A DNA stretch of 63,940 nucleotides, the filler included, from Hyphochytrium catenoides (taxonomy: Eukaryota > Protista > Hyphochytriomycota): NCBI GenBank assembly GCA_900088475.1. It is 4 parts of 4 records of this genome, joined end to end, with 100 filler letters (N's around TTAATTAATTAA, not from the genome) between each part and the next. Parts side by side here need not be neighbours in the genome. Positions count along the whole stretch, not along the records: positions 1 to 27,683 come from FLMG01003413.1; positions 27,784 to 57,250 come from FLMG01001903.1; 2 more parts are not named here. One strand, given 5' to 3'. Within the stretch, counting starts at the first letter, position 1. The number at the start of each line of letters is the position of its first letter. The notes beneath the pieces are model-generated. The model was not told the DNA's origin. It made no database searches and saw only the letters and a list, made by a program, of their open reading frames with translations. The translations under genes were made by a program, and so were the position numbers. This document shows positions 24,666 to 38,217 of the stretch, one piece after another.

Positions 24666-27600
24666 TCATCGGCTCTTGCTCTTGGTCTCCAGGCCAGTTT
24701 CCGTGCCCAAGAGAGCGCTCAACGTAGTTTGGATGTCCCTTCTGCTAACCGGCTTGGTTATGACAGCATTCATCCCAGACTCCCTGCACAGCTCATCATC
24801 TCCAGGCATCAGGTTCGCTGTCACTGCGACTATCGGAACACAATTGCCTGAGCGTCTAATCTCTCTCGTGGCTTCGAGGCCATCACATGCCGGCTACAAG
24901 AGAAAAGAGTTTTGGTCAGTGAGAGCATAGCGTAACCAGCAGCCTAAGTTTCACAAGGCACTTTACCATCATCCAATCCATCAACACAACGTCAAAGCTA
25001 TGCGCTTGCACTGCAGCTATCGCTTGCAGTCCATCTTCCACTATGGTAACCTTATGGCCTTGCTGCTCCAATAAAGACCTATAGGAGTTGAGCTTGCATT
25101 AGGCCCAACCTCTGCATCCCCTGGAGCAACTTCAAGGCAGATGCTACCTCAGGACTGTTTGATTTATTCTGTTATCCTCTGCCACCAAGATATCGAGGGG
25201 TTTGATTCCTGCAGCTGGTGTGGCCACTCTCCGCGCACAAACGCCGGTTCCACTATTAATGGAACTAGGGCGAATGCCCTTTTCGTGTACACCCAGAGCT
25301 AAATGGACCGTGAAGGTTGTACCTAGAGCAGCGCCGTAGCAGTCTCTTTTGTAAGAGTGGGGAAATGCCACGTAATGTTATTTTCAGTACCTTGATCGAG
25401 GACACTATTAACCTCCACGGTACCGTCCATCAGCTCCAAAAGCCGCTTGGTAATAGCGAGACCTAGACCACTGAGGATGGATCAATCAATTGAAGCTGGT
25501 GGACATTGCAACCTTTCCGTCAGTATCTGACTACCTTACCTTCCCTCGAATCTTCGGCTGGTCGATGAATCCGCTTGGCTGAATTGGTCGAAAAGCTTGG
25601 GCATAAAGTCTGCTGATATTCCTGCAGCAAGAATATAAGTGCAAGCAAAGCAGCCATTGACCGCTGTCCGGACTTCGGTTAGGTCTCAAATGGAAACCGT
25701 TACTAACCAATCCCCGTGTCTGACACTGCAATGGAAATCATCCTTCGTTGAGCGAGATCTAGGTTATCTGAAGCTACAACCTTGACCCGGACACTGCCTT
25801 GCTCAGTGAACTTGACGGCATTTCCGAGGATGTTAAGAAGAATCTGCTGGATCTATCAACGTGTTAAGGTAAGGTGTCAGGTCTCCCCTAGGGAGGGGTG
25901 ACAGGGATCCACTACCTTGGGTCCATCAGCTAGGTAATCAGTATCTTTAGGGCCGTCCCAAGCAATGGCAAGCTCTAACCCTTTCTTTGTGGCCATCGGC
26001 CTTACAATACTGACGGTGTCCTCCACGAGATGAAGTAGCCGAATAGGCTGCAGCTTTATCGTTAGTTTCCCTGCCTCCAGCTTGCTAAGGTCCAATATGT
26101 TGTTGACTATGCCCTGGCATTGGAGCACGTGCGTCACTTTCAGGCAGGGATGGTTCTAGCGGTCTGTGTGAGCAGACCTGCATAACTTCTGTGGACTCCC
26201 TGATAATGCGCAGGAAATTTTGAGTATTTGCGGAGTGCGGTTCGTCCTCTATAATCTCAAGCGCCCCGATAATACCCTATGGAACATCAAGAGTTCAGCT
26301 ATTACTATATAGAGCTTTCCAACGTCCACCCATTCTGTCATCCAATATTGTCTACCGTCAAGGGAGTTCGCAGCTCATGGCTCATTGCAGCCAGAAATTG
26401 AGCCTTGACACTCAGTAGTCTTTCGGCCTCCGTTCGAGCAGTGATGAGCTGTTCTTCTAACTGTTTTTGCCTTGTTATGTCTCGAACGATGGCAAGGACC
26501 ATCTCCTCATTGTTCGACCTCTTCATCCTCGACATTGACACCTCGCACTTGATGGGTGAGTTACTTGGATCCGTATGGTTGCGGAGGTTCCACTCGTAGC
26601 GACTGTTTACTGAGGGCTGACGCATCAGCCAGCGGACAGTTCCTTTGGACTATCCTTGAACGGACCTTACCTTTTTGATCATCTCCCTTCTGACTTCGTG
26701 GTTTCGTTGTAGCGCTGGGACCTGACGCTACTCCCTTTTCTCGCGCCCTGGAGTTAGGAAGGTCCAAGGAAGACGGGTCTGATATGTGGATCCAACTGAC
26801 ACCAACCATCTCCGCCACCGTTTGAAAGCCCAGTAAGGCGACAGCAGAACCATTGGCATCCAAGATGCGCAGGTCGGTTCCAAGCAGTAAAATGGCATCA
26901 TTTGCATCCTGGTGGTGAAACGTGAGGCGATATGACATAAAGAGAGATCAGGAGGACCCCAATGTGCGCACCGCAGTCGATGGAAGAGGTAGCAGGCGAG
27001 GAGACTTCAAGGAAGACTATAACTCTCGACCGAGGCTTCTTCTACTTCTGCCTACCTGGTAGAGTTTTCTGAAGTTCAGTTCACTTTGAATAAGGTTCTC
27101 GCGCAGCTGGGTTTCCAGAAATTGTGCCTGTACTCTGTCCTGTATATTGACGGCCTGGAAAAGGAAGGCCTTCTCTCCAGTCAGAGGGTCCAGGCAGTAT
27201 CGGACGGCCACACTGTGCCAGCTCGGTTCAGACCCAGAGCAATTAAGCAAGAATTCTCCCTCAAGAATAATGGTGTCTATAGCTGGGGGCCCCTCCTCCT
27301 AGGGTAGCAGCAGTGGTTATACACGAGCGCAGGAAGCTAAAAGATCATGTACGTTACTGTTTGTAAGGGTTCCACTATCTGGTTGTCTTTTTCTCCCTGT
27401 CCTTTTGCTAGACATCTTCGCGCCTGCAGTCGCACTAGTAGTTTGTCAGTATCCTGATAAGTTTGGACGGCATCAGCACTACTCACCTGGTGTCTTCGGG
27501 TTGGAACCTGATGCCTTTATTTTTGGTGCAATTACCCTGGAGGGCGTCGTGACCGCCTTGGCAGCGGTCAAAAATTTTGCTTTAGCAGTCTCTGTTGCAA

Positions 27601-27683
27601 AGTATTCATGAGCTTTCCATGCCCTTGGAAAGACTGCTTGGGCGGAAGGGTTCCTCATCAAGGGCTCTTCATTGGCATCAAAG
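24666..27683 (-). CDS. Hybrid sensor histidine kinase (PAS domains + HisKA + HATPase + receiver), 5'-truncated by the assembly gap
   Basis: PAS DANDAILLLGTDLRILDANGSA...LAIVRDIT. H-box KAQFLAAMSHELRTPL, NNILDLSKLEAGK, N-box LLNILGNAVKFT, DTG, GLGLAITKRLLELMDG. Receiver ILVAEDNRINQ...VVLMD...DGLEATR...IVAVTAN...TKP. TGA at 24666-24668. Confidence 0.9.
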
Positions 27684-27783
27684 NNNNNNNNNNNNNNNNN
27701 NNNNNNNNNNNNNNNNNNNNNNNNNNNTTAATTAATTAANNNNNNNNNNNNNNNNNNNNNNNNNNNNNNNNNNNNNNNNNNNN
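27684..27783. other. Artificial contig-joining linker (N-run / TTAATTAATTAA / N-run)
   Basis: TTAATTAATTAA, which gives stops in all six frames, centred in Ns; 100 nt in total. Confidence 0.95.
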
Positions 27784-29928
27784 CGGACAAGTCCCTGCTG
27801 TTGTCGCTTTGAAAGAAACGACCGCGAGTAGACCGCGGTAGGAGTAGCCAGTGCCACAAGTACACGGAATAGCTGATGGACCCAAAGAAGACGACGACCT
27901 TGCTATGACTGAGCTAGAGTCAATTGAGGGTCACTTTTTGTCTTCCAGTGATGATCAGAACCGCGCCACGTGTCGCTAACAGTGCCAAACATCCTGGGAA
28001 GAAGCTCCCATCGTTCAGGGCTACAAAGCCTGCGACGATCAACAAGACTCCTAGCAAGGAGATAAGACGATGCTGTACAAGAAGTGATAGTAAACCAAGG
28101 TGCTACTATTAGCAGCCGTCTGCCAGAAGCGGCGGGCCAGGAAGAAGTAAAAGGCGACCTTTGCAAAAGGTGCCAACCAACCCGACATCGAGAAGAAAAG
28201 ATGTTGCGGTTAGACGAGGAGTCTCCAACCAATTGCTTCTTCTCCTAAGAAGACCCCCGAGCAACCATAACCGCCATGCATGGCTAAATGATGCAAAAGT
28301 ACTCTTCTATACCTAGAGACCAAAGCGGCGGAAGTCACCGCATCGTCAAAGTGACTGCCGGTGAGCACCGCGCATCTTGAGGATCGCTATCGCTAAGAAC
28401 AACATTCCTGCCAGTCCAGTCCGTGCCATCACCTCCAGCTCGTCCTGTCATTAAGCAGAAGCATTCCACGACAACTACAGACACCACCACCAGCACTAGC
28501 AGTAGCGCAGGGGGAATCCTTCTGGTTGGGGAAAGCTTCCACGCTCTTTCTCACGATAAATGGTCCGACCCGAGACGAGATACCCATGGATCACGAAGAC
28601 TCAGCGCTGATAGGATGAGCCAGGACCACACTGGGGAGATTACCACTGCAGACACCGCTATAGCTCGAAAAGCCATCGATGTCTGCACCAGCACCATAAG
28701 AGAGATGGATCTTCTCCATCCACGGTCTGCTCGCAGCTTTCGCCTCATCCTTCTTTCTGATTGCTTCTTCCTATTTTTGCTGCTGCGAGGATACTGTCGC
28801 AGCATCCAGCCGCTCTTCTCGAGTGAGACCCCTTTCGCCTCGACCACAGACCCTGCTGAGCGCTGTGAATGTCGTTCAATCAATTGTTTCCCGGGGCAGA
28901 AGAGATGAAAAGGAGCAAGTTGTCGCGGAGTGACTTGCGTAGTGATGGCTGCTATCGATTTCGCTGCCGTTCCTCCGATCTGCTAAGCAGCACTCTCTCC
29001 GCCGCCACAATAGAAATTGCAGCCGAGAGTCTCACTGCTTCTGTGATGACATTGGGCCGCTCCAGTCGCTTGGGAAGCAGAAGAAGAAAGAAAGAACAAA
29101 TGTCCCAATCTTTTGTTGTTGTGATACCTTGATTCGTCATCTCTATAGTGATGACAGTAAGACGGATAATCTTCGATCTAGGTCCCATCGCTCGCACGAT
29201 CTCTTTCCTTCGTAACTAGTGATCATCGGTGTCATTTTGTGGTTTGGAGAATCTGTCATCAGAATCCCCTCCGAAATGTCATCGGTTCTTTCATCATTGT
29301 CATCGAAAGTTGAAATCCTTTCACCGCTACGACGGACTGCAGAAAGAGCTTGAGTGTCGTGGTTACGTGCTGCTTTGCCTTTTCTTTCTATGAGGGATTG
29401 ATGGGTAACAGGGACGATAGGCAGACAGTCACTTCTGTGAAGGTGATGATGACCGTCACCAATTTGGCTCCCCTGCCTTCGGTCTCCAAGACCACCTTTT
29501 TGCAGCAAAGGACGCTGTTGAAGAAGCATCACTGACTTCATTGATATTGATTCGCCATGACTTTGCAAGAGGGATGGAGCTGATTATTAGTGACTATTTC
29601 ATCTTTTTTTGTCACCGTCATCGTCACCAACAACATAGACAACAGCAAGACAGGTACTCTACTATTATAAGGCTCGCATCCTGCGTTTTGAGATCTTTCT
29701 TTTCAAGCTCGGAGGCTCGTCCTCATGACTCTTCTTCTTCGTCTTCATCACAATTGGCTCGCTCCAGCTCCTCCCTCTTTCTATAATACTCAGCGGCAGC
29801 TCAACCGCTAATGAGCCAGGGTGGCAGGTAGGGTTAGCAGACAACAGTTTGGTCACTGGCAAAGGAAGCTTTCATGGGTTGTAACAAGCAAGAATGCTGG
29901 TGGAACGATCTGTTGCTGAACCTGCAGC

Positions 29929-30013
29929 TCAAGCTCTGTGCTGACGTACTGCTAAAACTCTGTGCTGACCATTGCTCAAGACCTGTGCTGACCTCTGATG
30001 ACCTGCTGCTCAA
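29929..30013 (+). repeat. Degenerate tandem repeat of about 23 nt (CTGTGCTGAC...GCTCAAG)
   Basis: Three to four imperfect copies: ctgtgctgacgtactgctaaaa, ctgtgctgaccattgctcaag, ctgtgctgacc...ctgctgctcaag. Confidence 0.6.
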
Positions 30014-30553
30014 GAGAAAAGATACTGATGAGTGTTGCGCGGGAAACGGACAGCAGGAGGGACATCAACTCACGCGCGGGAAAGCTGGAAGATCAGGGTC
30101 ATAGATCAGTAGCCAGAGTATCATTGGATAATCAAAGGTTTGGTTACTAAATTAGCCTCAAGAATTCAACTTTCCCACGTTCTCACTCCTGGAGGTGGTA
30201 CAGTTATCACAGGTCCGAAGCTCACATTTCCCTTCGCAGATCTGCTGGCTGGCGGACGGGTGCGGCAAGGTCATCAGAAGCAGGACACAGGGCAGGAGCG
30301 AGACAGGGCAGCGCAGCCCGAACCGACGAGCGGCACATCAGCAGCAACAAGAGGCAGTTAATCTTCATCTTCTGGCTTCCTGAGTTTCGCACACTCCAGA
30401 CCCTGCTGCCTACAGGTGGAGCTGCTTTATAAGCAACTCCACGGGGGAAGGATTGGTAGACTCATTGGTGACACGCTATAGTAACGGCCTGTCTTGTAAG
30501 CAGAGCGTGCCGGTTCACTTTGCTTGAGACCTCTACCACGCTACCTTGAGAAG

Positions 30554-33500
30554 ATGGCCACCACCGCTGGAGGTAGGAGCAGTCGTACTTGCCGCGGCTC
30601 TATAGTCACCCAACCCACAGTATCAACTGTCAATTTTCCTAGGCCTCATCCACTTTTATCGGGCGCCGGGTATGAGTGAGCCCCATCGCCAGGCTTTGAT
30701 TCGAAAGACGCAGAGCAAGCTCCTGAAGCAGGTCGTCGACATCAAGACCGAGTACTGCTTCAACGTCCAGCTAAAACAAGGTGCGCAGCTATCTGCGGAG
30801 CAAAAGAAGGTAATATCAGTGAGTGATATTCTAGGAGGAACGGCTTGCTGACCAACAGAGATCTTCCGACTTTGGCTGGGGTAGAAACTCCATTGGCTTC
30901 TGGCCGAGACCTTCGAGCGCGAACTTACTGGAGAGAAGTCTTATCTGGAGGCCGACAATGGGACGACCAGGCGGCTGGTTGAGGTTGGTCCACGACTCAA
31001 CTTCAGCACGCCTTTCTCAACAAACGCGGTAGGAATGAGCTCCTCTCAGTACCTCCTAAATCTATAACATCTCATTATCCCCTATTTTGCCCTTATTAAC
31101 GTCTAGGTGGAGATTTGCCGCGATAGCGGGCTAGACTCAGTGGCTAGGATTGAGAGATCCCGCCGCTACCTGCTTGTCAGCAATGGGAATGCCATCTCAG
31201 ATGAGGAGGTGCAGAACTTCGCTGCGACAGTGCATGACAGGATGACAGAACAGGTCCAGTTTTGCGCTTAGTCTCTTGTCTCTCTCCTTCAAATCTTACG
31301 GCCACTATGCTGCTGTCTGCTCTGCATCTGCAGATCTACCCTCAACAGCTTCAGTCCCTGGTGACTGACGCCAAGCCGACACCTGTGAGGGTTATACCGA
31401 TAATGGAAGAAGGCAGGAAGGCTCTGGAGAAGATCAATGAGGTCAGTCCATGTCTAGCTTCGCACTACTCAATTTAGACACGAGGCCGTTCTCACTCTGA
31501 GATATCTGTTCTTGCCGCGAATTGTGTAGGAGATGGGCCTGGGCTTTGACGATTGGGATCTGGACTATTACACCTCGCTGTTTAGAGATAAGATGGGCAG
31601 GAACCCGACAGACGTTGAGTGCTTTGACATGGGACAGAGTAACTCTGAGCATTCCCGGCACTGGTAAGCATGCCCGCCTCCATCTATTTTAGCTCGAGCT
31701 ACTCTTCGTGAAGAAAGTCATTCGCTGCTCCAAGCCGATGTATTTTCTTGGCCATTGTGTGGCGATTATTTGGCTAACCTCAGTTTCCTACGTTAGCTCC
31801 TGGCCTTGACGCTAATGAGCTCCGTAAACGGCCTCTGACTAGACGACGTGCTTCCTTCGTAGGTTTTTCTCTGGAAAGATGGTGTTGAATGGTGTAGAAC
31901 AGCCCGAGACCCTATTCCAGATGGTGAAGTCGACTCTCCCTAAGGATAAGCCCACCAACAGCGTTATTGCTTTCCATGATAACTCATCAGCTATTCAAGG
32001 ATTTCCAGTCAAGACCATTCTCCCCCAGATACCAGGCGAACCCAGCGCATTCTCAGAGAAAGACGTTGTCTATCACCCCATCCTCACTGCAGAGACCCAT
32101 AACTTCCCTTCCGGTGTTGCTCCTTTCCCTGGTGCTGAGACCGGGACAGGCGGTAGAATTAGAGATGTTCAAGCTACGGGGACGGGAGCGCACTGCATCG
32201 CTGGCATCTCCAGCTATTGCGTTGGAAACCTAAATATCCCAGGTGTGGGAAATCCTATGACGCCCTATTTAGTCTTGATGCTTTGTCCGCTTAAGGGCTA
32301 CCGCCTCCCGTCTCACTCGCCTTAGGCTATGAGTTGCCATGGGAAGACAAGGCCTTCACTTATCCTAATAACCTGGCAAAGCCCTTGGACATCGAGGTGG
32401 AGGCCAGCAATGGTGCTTCAGATTATGGAAACAAGTTTGGAGAGCCAGTGGTAACCGGCTACACTCGCTCATTTGGGCTCAGACTGCCTAGTGGGGAAAG
32501 GAGGGAATGGATCAAGCCCATTATGTTCTCGGCAGGCATTGGCCAAATGGATGACAAGCACAAGAAGAAGGGAGAACCAGAGGTAAGGAGCTCAGAGCTT
32601 GTTACTGTTCTCTGCCACTTCTCCTTTCTATCTCTTCACTCCTTTGATGCTTTGCGTCGCTCTTAAGGCCGATTGACATGTAATGGTCCTATCTGCACCG
32701 CAGGTTGGAATGTGGGTCGTGAAAGTTGGAGGTCCCGCCTATCGCATCGGTATGGGAGGCGGAGCAGCGAGCAGCCGTGTTCAAGACAGCAAGCATGCGG
32801 ACCTCGACTTCAACGCCGTACAGAGAGGGGACGCAGAGATGGAAAATAAGATGAACAGAGTCATTAGAGCGTGCATAGAGATGGGGGAGAACAACCCTAT
32901 TGTCTCTATACATGACCAGGGTGCTGGAGGTAATGGTAATGTGCTGAAGGAGATTGTGGAGCCTATGGGTGCAAAGTTGGATGTCCGCAAAGTGGTGCTG
33001 GGCGACGAAACGTTATCTGTGCTTGAGATCTGGGGTGCTGAGTATCAAGAAAACTGCGCACTTCTTCTCCGGCCGAAGGATGCGGAGGCCTTCCTACGTA
33101 TCTGTGAGAGAGAGCAATGCCCTGTCTCTTTGTTAGGTCAGGTCACCGGTGATGGCCGCGTCGTCCTTGTAGATAGCAAGGACGACTCTACCCCGGTCGA
33201 CTTGGTGGGTCTTACATCTCCGCACCTTCTCTCTCCGATCTACATCCTTAGCTACTGGTTCTACCTCAGTTGACGACACTCTAAGTGACTAGTCCCGTCT
33301 CGCTCTCTTTCCAGAGTCACTGACGTCTTCCTTTTCTTGGTAGCATGATGTCATAAGATTATTCTTTCCTTTGCGGCTAGGCTGCTCATGCTCATCGTAG
33401 ACGTCTCTGCATGCCTTTAACGTGCTCCCTCTAATGTATCCACTTCGTCCATCTACGTGTTCTCTTCGGACAATCTCCTAATACTACCTTTTGATTACCG

Positions 33501-36500
33501 ACACTGCAGGACCTGGCTTTGGTCCTTGGAAAAATGCCTCAAAAGACGTTTGTGGATAAAGCAGCTGCCAGCCAAGTTATTAAGCCATTAGAGCTTCCCA
33601 ACGGGACCACTGTCCAAACTGCGCTGGATCGCGTCCTTCGCCTGCTCTCTGTGGGATCTAAGCGCTTCCTGACCACAAAGGTGGATCGCTCTGTCACTGG
33701 TCTGATTGCTCGCCAGCAGTGCTCTGGCCCTTTACATATTCCAGTTGTGGACGTGGCAGTGGTTGCTCAGAGCCACTTCCCAGTGGCTCCTGGCCACCCA
33801 ATGACCGGTATCGCCTCCGCAGTCGGAGAGCAGCCAATTAAAGGTCTGGTAGATCCTGAGGCAATGGCACGGCTGACGGTAGGAGAAGCCCTGACAAATC
33901 TGATCTGGGCGAAGATTACCAAGCTGGAGGACGTAAAGGCTTCTGGTAACTGGATGTGGGCAGCCAAGCTGCCTGGTGAGGGCTGTGCCATGTATAACTG
34001 CTGCAAGGTACGATATTTGCGCGTTGCTATATTCCCTACCCGTAGGATAGAGTAGAGAAAGAAAAGGAAAAAAAAAGAGAGACACGGCGAGGTACTGGCG
34101 GAGGAGACCGTGACGGAAGAGATGCTGACATGGTTTAAGGCTGAAGGCTGTGAGAATTTCTGGTCTGACCTATGCTTTACTCTTTAGGCCATGAGTAGCT
34201 TCATGCGGGAGCTCGGTATCTCTATCGACGGGGGGAAAGACTCGCTGTCAATGGCCGCGAAAGCTGGAGGAGAGACTGTGAAAGCTCCTGGCACTCTAGT
34301 AATCACCACCTACGCGCCATGCCCAGATGTAACACAGGTAGCAACCCCTGATCTTAAGCAGCCTGGGAGTGGCGAGGATGCTGGCGTGCTAATCTACGTA
34401 GATCTGGGCGGAGATAAACATAGGCTGGGCGGTTCAGCCCTGGCACAGGTAAATAAGCGGAATTTGAGTCCAGCCGTCTTCCCCCTACTGGGTCTCTCTC
34501 CACGTGGAAGCCCTGCTGCCGTAAATTTATGATTGAGTTCCCGTCTAATGCTGTTAGCTGTGTATCCACCCCAACTCGATCCCACTTCCACCGCTGGCCT
34601 TCTTTCAGTAATCACCGGTCTCTTCTACTTGTCTTTCTATTCTGTCTTTCGGTCTAGGGGATACTTTCTCACTTTGATCTTCTCCAGGTCTATGCTCAGG
34701 TGGGCGACGAGACCCCTGACGTAGAAAGCCCTGCGCTACTGAAGCATGCGTTTGAGGTCACACAGTCTCTAATTGCACAAGGTGAGCGCAGGCAGAGGAA
34801 TATCCCTAGTCCATAGTTTAAAACATCGTACTGATGGATCTGAACCTTCTTAGGTGTCGTACTCTCTGGACATGACCGCAGTGATGGTGGTTTGGTCACG
34901 ACGCTTCTCGAGATGGCTTTCAGTGGCAATTGCGGGCTCTCGGTAGACATCCAGTCGACAGAGAGCGACCCAGTCAAGGTAACCTAGAAGGGTTTCTGTC
35001 TGCTTTTCCGTCTATGGCCTAGGCTGATTAGGCGCTTTGCCCTGGCGGTCTTTGCTGATTAGATGTTCTCCCTCACCCGCAGTAGATATAATCCGTCTTG
35101 TCGGAGATACCTTCGATGCTTAGCCTAATGTTCTACCTATGTCTCTTGCCAATCCTCACAGGTTCTCTTTTCGGAGGAGTTGGGTTTGGTCTTGGAGGTG
35201 CTTCCTTCAAGCCAGGAGAAGGTGGTAGCAGCATACAAGGAGAAGAATGTCCCGGTGCAAGTCATTGGGCATGCCAGAAGCAGCCCTGAAGTGAGAATTA
35301 GCGTCAACGGCTCCGTGGCCGTGAATGCTGATATGAGGTAAAGAAACAGAAAAGGGGTAGAAAGATATCTGGAAGTCCCAAAAGGATCGCACCGACGAAA
35401 AGAGCGAGTCGCCTTGGTTCAGGAGGGCACTTCGAAGCTAGATGCCATTTATAGAGTTCTAATTTTCTTTCTAGGGACCTTCGCGATGCGTGGGAAGCTA
35501 CAAGCTTCGAGTTGGACAAGCTCCAGTGCAACCCGGAATGCGTAGTCCAAGAGCAAGAAGGTGAGCAAGGCAATTGACCTTTCTTGGCCTCTTGCCTTCA
35601 GCTTTCAGCTGTCGCATGTCAGGAGAGGCCGTCGCATCATTCCCTTGTCGCTATAAATTGTGACTCAATGTTAGCTGCCGCGTCACCCATGAACGCTCTA
35701 ACAATGCATCCCCCAGGCTTGCGGGATAGGAGTGGCCCGAAGTGGGCCTTGACCTACACGCCTCAGGAGACCAATCCAGAGCTTCTCGCTGGTACGTATT
35801 TCTCTTGCCTGCATGCTGGTCGTCAGAGTTTATACCTCTTACGCATTTTCACTGGCTGCTTCTCAACTTTCTACGTCATTTGCTGTCTGACTGACTCTCT
35901 ATGTCATTGGCTGTCTCTGGCCAGCTTCCAAGAAACCAAATGTTGCTATCATCCGTCAAGAGGGAAGCAATGGTGATAGGGAAATGGCCAGCGCCTTCTA
36001 TGCTGCCGGCTTCAATGTCTGGGACGTTCTGGTGGGAGATTTGAAGGAAAAGAAAGTCAGCCTATCTCAATTTCAAGGTAATCAATGGAGAACGGGATTG
36101 GCCAAGCAAGAGGCCAAAAGGAATGTCAACTAGGAAGAACCTGTTCTTCCCTTGTCATACGAAGGGCCACGCCTATCTACTATCAATAGAGAGCTTACGG
36201 TCGTATGGTTATCCTCTGCAGGCATTGTGTTCGTAGGAGGCTTTTCTTATGCGGATGTACTGGGTTCCGGAAAGGGTTGGGCCGGCGCGATTACGTTCAA
36301 CCCGGATGTAAAGAAGGAGTTCAACGGTAAGAAGTGCACATATAGTCTGAGATGTTGGTCCGGGTTTCATGATCATCTGTCGCTCGCTAGCTTACCTATG
36401 TACCACGCTGCAATGGAAGCGGTCAATCCACTTTTAATCCATTTCTGAAGCTAACCTTCCTTCACTGCGTTCGATTCCCATCCTGTGCCAGACTTCCACG

Positions 36501-37534
36501 CACGGAGCGACACCTTCTCCCTCGGTGTATGCAATGGCTGCCAGTTGATGGCTCTCCTGGGCTGGATCCCGAAAGATGCTGCGGGTAGCGTTCTTCCCGA
36601 GAAAAGCCAGCCTCGTTTTATCGAAAACAGGTCAGTCAATAGGCGTTGGGCTGCTCGCTGAGTGAGCGCTACTATGGGTCTAAGAGGCTGACGAGCCTTC
36701 TCTCCATCCATTCTAGGTCTGGCCGCTTCGAATCACGGTTCTCATCTGTGAAGATCCTCCCATCCAAGTCTCTCTTTTTCCAAGGCATGGAGGGCTCATC
36801 ATTAGGCATCTGGGTAGCACACGGAGAAGGTAGACCTCTTTTGATTGCCTGCTGCGTGAAGCCATAGCTACCTCTCCTCGGTCCTTCTATGTATGGTTTG
36901 CTATGCGCTGCCATCTCAGGCCGGGGTTGTGCCTGTGTAGTGGCTCCATGCTATTGATGCTCTAGTCATTGGTCTGCGCTGGCGGCCCAGTCTATTGCCT
37001 GTTCGTCCACCCTTGAATTCTTAGACGGCAGCGTTACTGATCATCTATCTCTCCTCTGGGACGGACCTGCCACTATGTAGGATACGCACATTTCCCGGAC
37101 TCATCTGTCAAGGAAAGAGTGCTCAACGGAAACTTGGCTCCCCTCCGCTACGTTGATGATGAGAATCAGCCCACTGAGCGCTATCCTCTTAACCCTAACG
37201 GTTCACCCGATGGGATTGCTGCGCTTTGTTCCAGTGATGGCAGACACCTTGCTATGATGCCGCATCCAGAGCGCTGCTACCTTCTTTGGCAGTGGCCCTG
37301 GATGCCTCAGGACTGGTAAGAGCAGCAGACGCAGCCGGAGTGGGAAGTTAAGTCGAAGAGGAGAGTCGTAGGGCAGTGCTCAGGCATGGGGAGGGCAGCA
37401 GCGCTTTTTGTACATTGGCTTCTTGAGATTCTCACATTGAATTCATCAGGCGGAGGACACTAAAAGCGGGTCCATGGCTCAAGATGTTCCAAAATGCAAG
37501 GAAATGGTGCGACGAGGTCAATAAGACTCAGTGA
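30554..37534 (+). CDS. PFAS: Phosphoribosylformylglycinamidine synthase (large single-chain PurL), about 21 GT-AG introns
   Basis: [124 protein letters not shown] at 37532-37534. Confidence 0.97.
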
Positions 37535-38217
37535 GCTTCTTCCACTCTGCCCTCTCCTTCTGTCTGCCCAGGAGTCGCAGTCCATGCCACCTCTATTCAG
37601 TCCTTTGACTCTTCACGTTCTCTCGGCCAAGGGTTTCTTTGCTGAAGGTTATGATTTAAGAAATTATTGGCTAACATAAACAGTGATGACACTTGGACTC
37701 AGACGTTCTGTGAGCACGCAATATCACTGATAGAGAAATGTGAAGAGCAAGCATAGAAAAGAAGGCCACAAAGGCATGGGACGAGATGACAGAGATCGCG
37801 TGAGCCAGAAGATCTGGCTAACGGATGGATCCCCTAGCAAAAGAGAGAGAGAGAGAGAGGGCACTAAGAGAGCCTGTTTAGACAAGTTCCATTGTCTTCT
37901 GTTCCTCTTTATGCTCACGGTCCGTATCAGTGAGCTCTCCTCGTGCTCGGTGCTCGGTTCTTTTTGCCTCCAGCAGGGCTGGGCTAAAGTTTGATTTCCT
38001 CTTTCCACGGCCGACAGGCAGAGGCCCCACATTCATATGGATAGACTTATGGCGAAGCAGCTGTGCCATTTTGCCCATAGAAGAAGGTTCATTGAAGAGG
38101 TGTTCATACTCAGGCAAACCATACATAGGCCACACCTGTCCATTTGTAAGCACAGGGAAGAGGCAGCCGGGTTTTGCGAAAGGTTCGGAATGAGAGTTGG
38201 CATAAGAAGGCGAACGA

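Noticed and set aside
27728-27739. TTAATTAATTAA palindrome as a biological site (e.g. piggyBac target)
   Set aside because: It occurs three times, always centred in N-runs, so it is an assembly spacer.
36440-36490. GTTCGATTCC...CCA looks like a tRNA 3' half
   Set aside because: The T-stem and acceptor stem do not pair, and the sequence is the 3' end of a PFAS intron.
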